DNA of 63,536 bases, the filler included, from Reticulomyxa filosa (lineage: Eukaryota; Protista; Foraminifera), in NCBI GenBank assembly GCA_000512085.1. It is 17 parts of 17 records of this genome, joined end to end, with 100 filler letters (N's around TTAATTAATTAA, not from the genome) between each part and the next. Parts side by side here need not be neighbours in the genome. Positions count along the whole stretch, not along the records: positions 49,144 to 55,802 come from ASPP01024044.1; positions 55,903 to 59,085 come from ASPP01022338.1; positions 59,186 to 60,536 come from ASPP01029142.1; positions 60,637 to 61,944 come from ASPP01025745.1; positions 62,045 to 63,536 come from ASPP01050679.1; 12 more parts are not named here. One strand, 5' to 3'. The position numbers and the translations under genes are program-made. The notes below the pieces were generated by a model, which was given only the letters and a program-made list of their open reading frames with translations, ran no database searches and had not been told where the DNA came from. Below are positions 54,223 to 63,536 of the stretch, piece by piece; the stretch's first letter is position 1; every line of letters begins with the position of its first letter.

Positions 54223-55065
54223 TTATTTCTGATAAACTTTACACTTTACGATCCACAATATGTTATAAATCAGATTTATATCAGTATTGTTCGCAGGTAA
54301 TTCAATTAAATTATTAATTATATTTAAACTATCTTCGTGTATATATCGATTTGTGACATGACGCATTGTCATGCTGAAAAACATAATTCTATGTGTTGCA
54401 TACGCGAGATTCAACAATATTAAACATTTCACCGCCAAGTATCTCATGATATAATGAAGAATCAAGCTATAGGTCAACTATTCATGTCAAGCCAACTAAT
54501 TGAAATCAAATACAAGACAAGCCATAATACATCTTAAACTGAATCTTCTAGATTTATTGTCTTCAGGCCTTTACAAACATATCAAACATAGTCACTGCAA
54601 TGTATGTTCACATTAGTCTAGTTAGAGAATATTATATTCTACAGTCTGCTGCCAATTTGTGTGCTCTTGCAAATTCTAATCGCAGACTTTTATGGTCTTC
54701 TGATAAGTATTGCTTCTTTTTCTTTGTTATAGCAATCATCACTACGGTTTTGATCGATATTCTGACTGGTTGCCTGGAAACAACAACGTTATATCCATTT
54801 TGTAACATCATCTTAATGTATGATGCACTTTCACATTTATATGCAACAAGCCACCTGACGATACGTCGTTTGATTCTGGACGAAAGATTACCTTTTCTCA
54901 TGATCCAAGTTTTCTTTCAACACTACTATTGAGTTATAATTTTTTTTCAGTTTATGAAATGCACCAACGCAACCTTGAAATATTTTGCAACATGCATAAT
55001 ACTGCGTCCACTTCTTAGAATATCAACCTATGGCCTTGTTAAATTGAGTGACACTAATTTAGCAT
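54223..55065 (-). mobile_element. Tc1/mariner (IS630-Tc1) transposase remnant
   Basis: HTH-like ILRSGRSIMHVAKYFKV; KKKQYLSEDHKSLRLEFARAH; IIFSN*T (for FSDE); VFQHDNASCHKS; LPANNTDINLIYNILW (for WPANSPDLNPIENLW); stops and frameshifts. Confidence 0.88.
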
Positions 55066-55445
55066 TTACACATTTATTGCTAATGTAAATTTGTTTTCTC
55101 TGGAATGAAACCAATCAACTGATTAAACAATTTTTTGATTTTTAAAGTTTTCAACAATTTAAAATTTTAAAATTTGATTTAGGCTATGCATCGACAAGTC
55201 TTTTTCCAACTATTACATATTACTGGTATTTGTTTTTGTTATTTTATGTTCAATGCCAAACAACAGCAAAAAAAATCTCTAAAATGAACCACTGTAAACA
55301 CTTGCAAGTTTGTTTATGAACAATCGTTAATATTTTTAAATTTCAAAAACGTTTTTTTCCAGAAACTTTCAACTGATATTAATCTTGACCAAGAACAAAT
55401 TTGAGCAAAGTTTACTCCCCCTCATTGAGTATCACAGACAGTCTT

Positions 55446-55703
55446 TTAAGTAGTCTTCGTAATCTCAGCTTCTCCTTCTTTTTGACTAGAGGAGATCAAC
55501 AGTTGTATATGTGCATATATATCTTTCCTGTCTTTAAAATTGGTGATACCAAAGGTGAACAAATCATTTGCTTCCAATTGGCTGAAGTTTGCTCCGCTAA
55601 ACTGCTGAGCTTTCATGGAGCTAAGCAGAGTAGTGGAGTAACTCAAAAAGCGTCCTTTTTCTAGTGAGCAAATCCATCGCACAATATCAGCAGCCGTCCA
55701 GGT
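55446..55703 (-). CDS. Terminal exon encoding a SAM domain (5' part missing)
   Basis: TWTAADIVRWICSLEKGRF..Y..FSGANFSQLEANDLFTFGITNFKDRKDIYAHIQLL. Confidence 0.75.
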   Translation of the reverse strand, partial: TWTAADIVRWICSLEKGRFLSYSTTLLSSMKAQQFSGANFSQLEANDLFTFGITNFKDRKDIYAHIQLLISSSQKEGEAEITKTT

Positions 55704-55761
55704 CTATTAAGTATTACCCACAAGGAAAAGAAAATAGTAACACAATAATCAGTTATTTCTA

Positions 55762-55802
<41 letters not shown>

Positions 55803-57662
55803 NNNNNNNNNNNNNNNNNNNNNNNNNNNNNNNNNNNNNNNNNNNNTTAATTAATTAANNNNNNNNNNNNNNNNNNNNNNNNNNNNNNNNNNNNNNNNNN
55901 NNTCACTTTGGCGTTTCAGCTTTCATTCAAATTTATTTGTTTTCCTTCTATGAAAGAATTCATATCTCGATTTCTTTTTGAATTAAACTTTTGAAATTGT
56001 TATTTTAATTATAATAATAAAATAATTCAAATTACAAGTTGTGTTTATCAGTCACTTTTTTGTCTTTTGAAATTAATAGATTTGCGTTTCTATTATAAAT
56101 TGCCCTTATGAAAAAATACTCCAGTAGTGGAGCCAACGAGTAACATTTAGAAAGAAAGAGAAATAGAGAAGTGGATACTATTAAAAAATATATACGCATA
56201 TGACTCCAAACTTGTAGATGCACTTTGTTGGAATTTATGTTATTACAGCTGCTAATGGTTTTTACTATATCATCGATCATGTACTCTCCATTGGACCCTT
56301 TTCTACAACCATTCATTGGCGCAATTTTACATGATGGACATTACGTGGTTGGCATATTTATAGTTTTAAGTATGTGTGTACATTATATATTGCATGCACA
56401 CCATTTTCATTCGTTTAGTCAAGTTGTTTTCGCGTGTGTGTGAAAAAATTAGGGTGTATGATGGAAGGTAGAAAAAGGGGACATCTGACAAAAAAAAACA
56501 TACACAGATCCGGTCAGTATTGAAGTGGCCATGAGCTTTTGAATGCAGTCTAATGCAATCTCAGTTATGTGCGGAACATCGTGGAAATTCCTCTAAATGG
56601 TTCCCCTCCAATGTCCACAAATAAAAGCTCTCGAAAAAGTAAACATTTTCATTTTGGCTAACATTTTTTGTTCCCGTGAAATACAAATTACAATCCTTTC
56701 GTTAAAGTAAACAATTCAAAATTTAAAAGAAAACAAATATTTGTTACTCATATATGCTAGAATCTTTTCAATAACTTCATTGCATTATACTTTATAATCA
56801 CGTGCATATCGTGTATCAATTACAACAGGTTCAAGTTCATATTTTTAAAAATTTCACTTCACCGTAAACCAATCGTTGAAAACATGTTAACAAACAAATT
56901 TTATTTCTTTTTTTCTAATTTAATGTTTTTAACTTCGACTTGAGCAAGTTTTTTGTTTTTGAAACGTGGTAGTATAGATAAAAGTATTTTTAGGTTTTGA
57001 TAAGGAACATGAACAAGTGTTGTGTCACATTGAAAACGAAAATGACTGAAAATGCCAACACTTTGTCTTAAGTTTTGATTATACTTGACAGAGAATTTGT
57101 ACTAGTTTTTTTTTTTGCACTTTTTGGCTTAAAGAGAATTATTTAATCGATGCATTTTGTTTTTCCATTGAAAAAAAAGCAATACACTTTAAGGTATGGA
57201 AACAGCCCAAAAAAATCACAAGTGATGACAAAGATAGAATTTTTGGATTAGAAGAGTTTTAAAGAAAAATCAATGTCAACAAAATCTTTGGCTACCTTCT
57301 GAATTTTTTTAGATAGCATTGAAAGAAAATCTTAATGCTTCAAAGACAGGAACACAAACAAAATACACATAAAAAAAACTTAAATAAATTGGCAAAAAAT
57401 AACGCGAAAAAGCGTGTGCAAAAATAGGGGAATTGAAAGACTTTGAAATTTTTGGAGTACCACATTTTGCAACTCCATTTTTTATTGCAATTGTCATTTA
57501 TTTTTGAGATTTTGTTTAAATTTAAATGAAAAAGAATGGCCCAACGTAATAGAAATTAGGAAACTATCTAAATGGTTTTTTTTCCAATAAAAAGCTAGTT
57601 TTCTGAAAAGGTAGCGTTTTAGTACGTTCAAGTAAAAAAAAAAAGCTTATTTGTTTTCCAAT

Positions 57663-58283
57663 ATGAGTAAGAAAACTGATAACACCTTTCAAAATTTGCT
57701 CATTGCCCAATCTATTTATTCGATCTCAATGTGTGTTCTACAAAAATGAAATCATTATTTGTGGTGGCTCGGCTAGTCGACATACAAAAAAACGAATACA
57801 AGCTTGTGTGTTCTTATCCAAAGGAGATTTATTGGCTAATCACCATGTTGTCAAGCTTGCGAATAACAATCCAAATGAAATCACTTTATTGTCTTTCAAT
57901 ATATTATTTAAGCAGGCAATGGTGATGAACTATGTAAGTGTTTGTGGTAATGATAAAGAAATAAAATCAAAAAATTACAATCAATAGATTCCATTTACCG
58001 ACAGCCACAATAAAACAGTTTCATTGGAAAAAATGAAGATATGTATTGGGGAATGCGCGCGATAATTGATGGAAGTAGCAATAATCTGTTATTTATAACT
58101 TATCTTCCAAATAATATTGATGTGTTTAATTTGAACACATTTCAAATTATTAATCATGATTCTTTATTGGCCAATGATCGTATACAACATCATTGCTTTG
58201 TATTGAAACCAAAAAATGGAAGCAAAAGCACAAAAAAGAAGATTAAAATGTTATCATTTTGTAAAAACACAGTAATGTCTATT
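57663..58283 (+). pseudogene. Kelch-like beta-propeller family pseudogene
   Basis: SQCVFYKNEIIICGG, HHVVKL..NEITLLSF, MRAIIDGSSNNLLFITY.PNNIDVFNLNTFQ..HHCFV; frameshifts and stops. Confidence 0.75.
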
Positions 58284-58590
58284 ACAAAGGCAATTGCAAC
58301 GTATTGTACTTATCCTTTGCAAGTCATGAAAACCATGCTTCAAAAAAAGAATACCAAATTCAAAAATATGATAGATTGTGGATATTTTCTCTTTCAGTTC
58401 ATTTTTTATTTGTTTTTACTTTGTCTTGTTTCATGGAAAATACGAATAAAAAATTAATAGGATATCAATGGAAGGATATATTGAAGCATTGTACAGTGGT
58501 TTAAATGCAAAGCTGTTTCAAACTGTTTTGAATTCTACAATAAAATTTGTGATTTATAAACATTTGTTAGTCCTTACGCCAGCTTTTTGA
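58284..58590 (+). pseudogene. Third repeat of a mitochondrial-carrier-family protein (PMP34/SLC25A17-like) fused to the Kelch pseudogene
   Basis: KAIATYCTYPLQVMKTMLQ | EGYIEALYSGLNAKLFQTVLNSTIKFVIY; intron near 58398-58460. Confidence 0.75.
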
Positions 58591-60119
58591 GAAGACTTTT
58601 ATCGGAGTAAATAAAAAGTATCTTTCCTTTTAATCAATTTCTTACATAGGTAATCTTTCAACAAATTGTTTTGTAAAAGCAATTGTCAGAATGATAATTC
58701 TTTACTCTTATTCACGTATGACATATCCGTTTTCTTTTATTGTCGACTAAACCAACTGTGGTTTTAGAAACGTTAATTTCCGATTTTGACAAGCACAAAA
58801 ATCTACTAAAGTTGAAAGCAAGTTTACCTAAAATGATCATGATGTGCAAGAGAATAGAAAACTTAAAGCCAAAGCAACATTCCAACAAATAACCAAAATT
58901 GAAAAGCGACAAAAAAAAATCAAACACCTTTTTTTATTTTTATTATCATTCACAAGTGAAATGCTGTACATTATTAAATGGAAAAAAAAGAATATGCTAA
59001 AAAAAAAAAAGCGATTAACAAAAAAAAAATCATGAAAAGAGAATCAATCAATCACCAACTTGTTGGCGGAAATATTTGGTCAAAANNNNNNNNNNNNNNN
59101 NNNNNNNNNNNNNNNNNNNNNNNNNNNNNTTAATTAATTAANNNNNNNNNNNNNNNNNNNNNNNNNNNNNNNNNNNNNNNNNNNNTACTTGTTGTTCATT
59201 TTATATTTTGTTCAATTGATGTCATTTTCTGGAAAAAAAAATTTCTCCAAACATTGGGTATTTTTAAATTGAAAAGCAAGAAGCTAATATCATTAATATA
59301 TGTTCTTCAAAGTGAAAACCATGTCTAAACAAGATTATGTGATATCAATTCAGCAACCCAAGTTATGTATAATTGATGGCATTTTTTTCTTACAATGTTC
59401 ATCACCAATAAGTAAATTATTGGCAAAAAATGCAAATAGATTCTACGCGAAAAAGGATGTTAATTGATAGCAAGTTATTAAAAATCATGCTTTTGTTATT
59501 TTAGAATCAAAAAGCAACAAATTTAAAATAAATATCTTATTTTTTATCAAAAGATTGCTGTTCATTCAATCTTGTTTTTAAAATATTTCGTTTATGTGTA
59601 CCTTCATAAATGAGAAGTTCATATTTGTGTGGCACACACCGAGATTCTTTACATTGGGGAGCAGCTCCTTCAAAATTTGCAAGGTTTGATTACCCAGTTA
59701 ATGCTGCTGAATATCAAGCAGAGCTTTTTGAAAAGGGTCACGAAAAAAACGTAAAAACACTTTTTAAATAATTAAAGCTGGTATTATGTTTGATCATTAT
59801 TCTTAAAACTGTGCTTTAATCGGAAGCGCAATCCTTTTTATGAAATAGAACAAAACAAATTGAGTAATGTTTTTAAAAAAACGCTCCCTTTTTCGTTTTC
59901 AAACTAAAACTTTCTTATCTTTTGTAATTCGAGTATTCAACGTAATAGAAGCTGTTAAGAAAAAATGCAACAATATTCATGGATTAAAAAAAAAAGTAGC
60001 AAAAGTATTTGAGTTACAGTGATAAAAACTATGTAAGTGCAAATCTTGTGTAGTTGATAAATATAAGATTTGTTGAAAGTTTTTTTTTAAGAGGTTTTGC
60101 TAATAATAAAAAACTTTGC

Positions 60120-60536
60120 TCAAATGCCGATCAATCAAGTGGAGAAGAGGAATCTGAATATGAAGAAGTGACAGATTTAGAGAGTACAACAGAGAACAAA
60201 GGAGACGTGATCAAAGCTCCGACTCCGGGCAAAGCAAGTGTGAAAACACTGAACCAACCAACAGTAGTCGAAGCGACGCGAGCAAGTAGCGAGCAAAAAG
60301 AAAAGCAAAAAGAAAAGCAAGAAGAAGAAGAAGAAGAATATTCAGAGACAGAGAGCGAATATAAAGAAGTGACAGCAAGTGAATCAGAGGAGGAATCGAA
60401 AGAGGAGACAGTGAGCACTACAAAGAAGGCAGAGGAACAACACGCAAAAAAAGAGCAGCCAAAAAAAGAACAACCACAGCAACTAAAGAAAGAGCAACCA
60501 AAAAAAGCAGAAATAGCCAATCCCGCTCCTGTTGTC
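60120..60536 (+). CDS. Glu/Lys-rich low-complexity protein fragment with EQPKK repeats
   Basis: Open, compositionally coding-like frame (ESEYEEVT, ESEYKEVT, KKEQPKKEQP) running into the linker. Confidence 0.55.
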
Positions 60537-60636
60537 NNNNNNNNNNNNNNNNNNNNNNNNNNNNNNNNNNNNNNNNNNNNTTAATTAATTAANNNNNNNN
60601 NNNNNNNNNNNNNNNNNNNNNNNNNNNNNNNNNNNN

Positions 60637-61660
60637 TGTCCATTTGAGATTGAATATTTGTAGTTTGATTTTTTATCTTGTTTCAATGTATTGATCAAAT
60701 TTGATTTGATATTGTTCCAATTGTTTTTTGAATTCAATACTATCTATTTTTAATGCATTTATTGTTTGATCTTTTTCTTGTAATTCATGTTTTAAGTTAT
60801 CAATTTGTTGATTTTGCTGTTTTTTTAAATCAATAATAGTCTGATTCATTTCCGTTTTGAATTTTTGGATATCTTTTGTTAGTTCAAATATTTGTTGATC
60901 TTTCTCAATGATTTTGCTTTTAAATTCTTGAACTGCTCCTTTTTTTTAATTTGTTAATATTTTTGCTTGTCATTTATTCAAACAAGAAGACAAAAAAGTA
61001 TGACAAAACTGTTTGTAATTTTTCAGTTTGTGATTGCGATTGTAAATCCTTGACCACATCTTGCAATTCTTTGATTTGTTTATTCATCACATTCAATTGA
61101 TCTGTAATTTCATATGGAATGCTTTGTTTGACTGGAATCAAATTGCATGTTTTATCCAAATGATCTTTCAAATCTTTAATTTTTCCTTTGAAATTGCAAT
61201 TGCAATTCTTTTTTGAATTTAAATTAAAATTTGGATTTGATTCGTTCCAGGATTCCCCTTATTCTCCTGATTTTGTCCCTTCATTTAATTGCCCTTTTTT
61301 CAGCTCATATTGTCTCGGACAAATTACTAATAATTCAGACACTAATTTTCTCGCAGTTTTAACTTGCAAAAATTCGCAATAATCATGTTGTTGAATTGGA
61401 CATTTTCCATTATTTTCTTTCAAATAATTTTGTAAGTGTTGTTCTCAACCAAATAAACTTGATCTGCGTTTTCATGTTCATCACAATGTAATTCCATTGC
61501 ATTATTTGCGATTTGATTGCAAAATCAGCAAATTAATGTATCCAGTTTTTATGACTCATTTGTCAACAAAACCCAAGCTTTACTGTAACAGTCAGAAAAG
61601 GAAAAGATTGATCTTTTGTTTTCTTTGCTTTCTTCTTCTCCCGTTTCTGCATCAATTAAC
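60637..61660 (-). pseudogene. RING/TRAF-type zinc finger plus coiled-coil gene, disrupted
   Basis: CYSKAWVLLTN, CNQIANNAMELHCDEH, GKCPIQQHDYCEF, LVICPRQY, CNFKGKIKDLKDHLDKTC, then a coiled coil; several stops and frameshifts. Confidence 0.75.
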
Positions 61661-62044
61661 AACATTCTTCTTTTTTTAGAAATACTTAGCAAGTTGTTTT
61701 TTCCCACTCTAAAAACTTTAGTTTGAAAGGGGTTGATGATGAACTTCAAATGAAGACTCTGTAATTTTCTATAAAAGAAAATATTCCTGAGATGCTGGTG
61801 ATTATGAAGAGTATAATAGAAAATTATCTATTTTTATTGTTCACCAAATTGCGACAAAATCATCACTAGTTTTTTCTTGAACGTATTTATGGACTAATTT
61901 CATATTTGCAAAAAAGGTAATTTTGAAGAAAACTCTTTACCATANNNNNNNNNNNNNNNNNNNNNNNNNNNNNNNNNNNNNNNNNNNNTTAATTAATTAA
62001 NNNNNNNNNNNNNNNNNNNNNNNNNNNNNNNNNNNNNNNNNNNN

Positions 62045-63536
62045 GGCTTCATAACATTGATTCATTTCCTTTGTTTCTTCAATTTCATCCATTAATTCTT
62101 TAAACTTGTTGTTATCATTTGGTTCAAGTTCACTTTTATTTCTGAGTTTAATGAACTCGTTTTTTGAATTAAAAAATGTCGAATATTCATTATCCAACCT
62201 CTTTTCAAATTCATAAACCTCTGTTAAGTCTCCACGAGTAAGTCCTTGAGGATACCATGTTTTAAAGTTTTCAGAGAAATGTTTAATCCACGAATGAAGA
62301 GCAATATTCAATAGTTCTTCATTTAAATCTGTTTGTATTTCTAAACTTTTGAAATCTTGTTTTATCTGTTTCAATAAAATTTTGAAGACGTCTTGTTTAT
62401 TGTTTTGCTTCATCAGCTCTTGAATTTTTCTTTCATCTTGTGGAACTCCTTCACTTCGTAATAGTAACAGCAAATGATACAAAAATCGCAACAATGTCGA
62501 CGTTAATGGTCTCAAACCACTTGGCTCTGTTTTTTTGGGAGACGTATAATATCTCCTCAATATAGACCAAATACTCTTTGTGTCTGTTGTATTCTTCGAT
62601 TTGGGAAATGAATCATTGATAGATGTTCTAAAAATTGTGGCACCACAATCTTTCCATGGACATGTCACATCTTTAGATACCAAAGCATTGATTAAAAGTG
62701 GGTGATTATGCGAACAATAATGGATTTTCAAAGTATCTAATTCATGATCTTTGTCGGATAAGAATAGCTCATCAAATAGAAATCGAAATGGATTGCGTTT
62801 CATGAATGGGAGAACTGACATAAAATGGAAACATAATCTTATCACGATTAAGTCAAGTGGATCTCCTGTAGACTTCCAATAAGCCCTTGGAGATGATGTC
62901 AAATGAGTGAAGATTTGCAAAAATATTTTTTTTACAAGTTCTGGTGTGAGATACTTTTGGATATGTATACACAGGTCTATATGAAATATTCGTATTTTTA
63001 TTTGCGTTGAATTTGTTTGCTTCAATATGTTTGAGAAAAAGGAGAAAATAGAAGTAGCTTTGTAATTGCATTCCCGAGTAGTCGCGATCAGACAAATAGA
63101 TCAGTGACAAAGATTCTGCAATTATTCGAAAGGAAGGGGATGAGTCATTAACAAGGAAAGTGCTTTGGGTTATGTTTTTATGTAATATATCACCGTAATC
63201 CCTGTTTCCATAGATTCCAAAGAAGGGATTAAAGGAATAATTGCGCAATATCCTTTTACGCAACAACCCGAATACATTGGTTGGATTGACTTGTTGAAAT
63301 AGTTGGATTGCTGGATGCGTAAAGACAATTTCAATCCAATGGATCCCTTTCAACATGTAAAGTTGTTTCAAAAACCACACATGCAAAGAGCGTGTATACT
63401 TGCAATTCTCAGTGCTGAAGAGCAGTTGTTTCATTTTTTGCAATAATTTGTGCATGCTCTGGCTTTCATTTAGTTTTGACACATTTATATCCTCGTTAAT
63501 CATGGTTGTAATAAGCTTAACCAAATTCACTTTTGT
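62045..63536 (-). CDS. RNF213 (mysterin)-like E3-module fragment with an RZ-type zinc finger; both ends truncated
   Basis: VWFLKQLYMLKGIHWI; YCSHNHP..VTCPWKDCGATI; GLRPLTSTLLRFLYHLLLLL (cf. RNF213 SPVVFLLIRLLTHLALLL); two open frames joined by a probable intron at 62977-63058. Confidence 0.7.

Noticed and set aside
53921-55296. Tc1 terminal inverted repeats (tatagtaccgtcc... / ...gaaccactgta)
   Set aside because: Both resemble TA-CAGT ends, but they do not match each other beyond a few bases.
1-63536. Genome-wide alternative genetic code (TGA or TAA reassigned)
   Set aside because: Conserved genes (PSMB1, WD40, REEP, transporter) are free of internal stops and end in TAA, and other genes end in TGA or TAG. 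Most internal stops co-occur with frameshifts.
1-63536. tRNA, rRNA or snRNA genes
   Set aside because: None recognised by eye; a tRNAscan-SE or Infernal run would be needed to exclude them.

Overview
This window is not one locus. It is 17 short, unordered contigs of an AT-rich, intron-containing eukaryote, joined by 16 identical 100-bp linkers (N44-TTAATTAATTAA-N44). The gene families resemble those I recall from the foraminiferan Reticulomyxa filosa (expanded WD40, KLNEKQL-type HEAT, Kelch-like, TRAF/coiled-coil and CAP-Gly families, many pseudogenes); that assignment is an inference. Apparently intact or contig-truncated genes: proteasome beta6 (PSMB1), a GtrA-like membrane protein, a SAM-domain putative transcription factor, two CAP-Gly proteins (one with an RPEL-like motif), REEP/HVA22, an ABHD11-like hydrolase, WD40, an amino-acid transporter, a purple acid phosphatase N-terminus, HEAT repeats, a 7TM-like protein and an RNF213-like E3 module. 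Disrupted copies: Nab2/ZC3H14-like (three in-frame TGA), USP4/15-like, thimet oligopeptidase, RNF213-like AAA module, a Kelch/PMP34 chimera and a TRAF-like gene. Mobile-element remnants: a Tc1 transposase and a non-LTR reverse transcriptase. The best leads are the RNF213-like fragments with a variant RZ finger, the TGA-interrupted Nab2 gene, introns with U-rich 5' and A-rich 3' ends, the CAP-Gly+RPEL fusion and the CP2/Grainyhead-like+SAM protein. All family calls come from motif recognition by eye; no searches were run.
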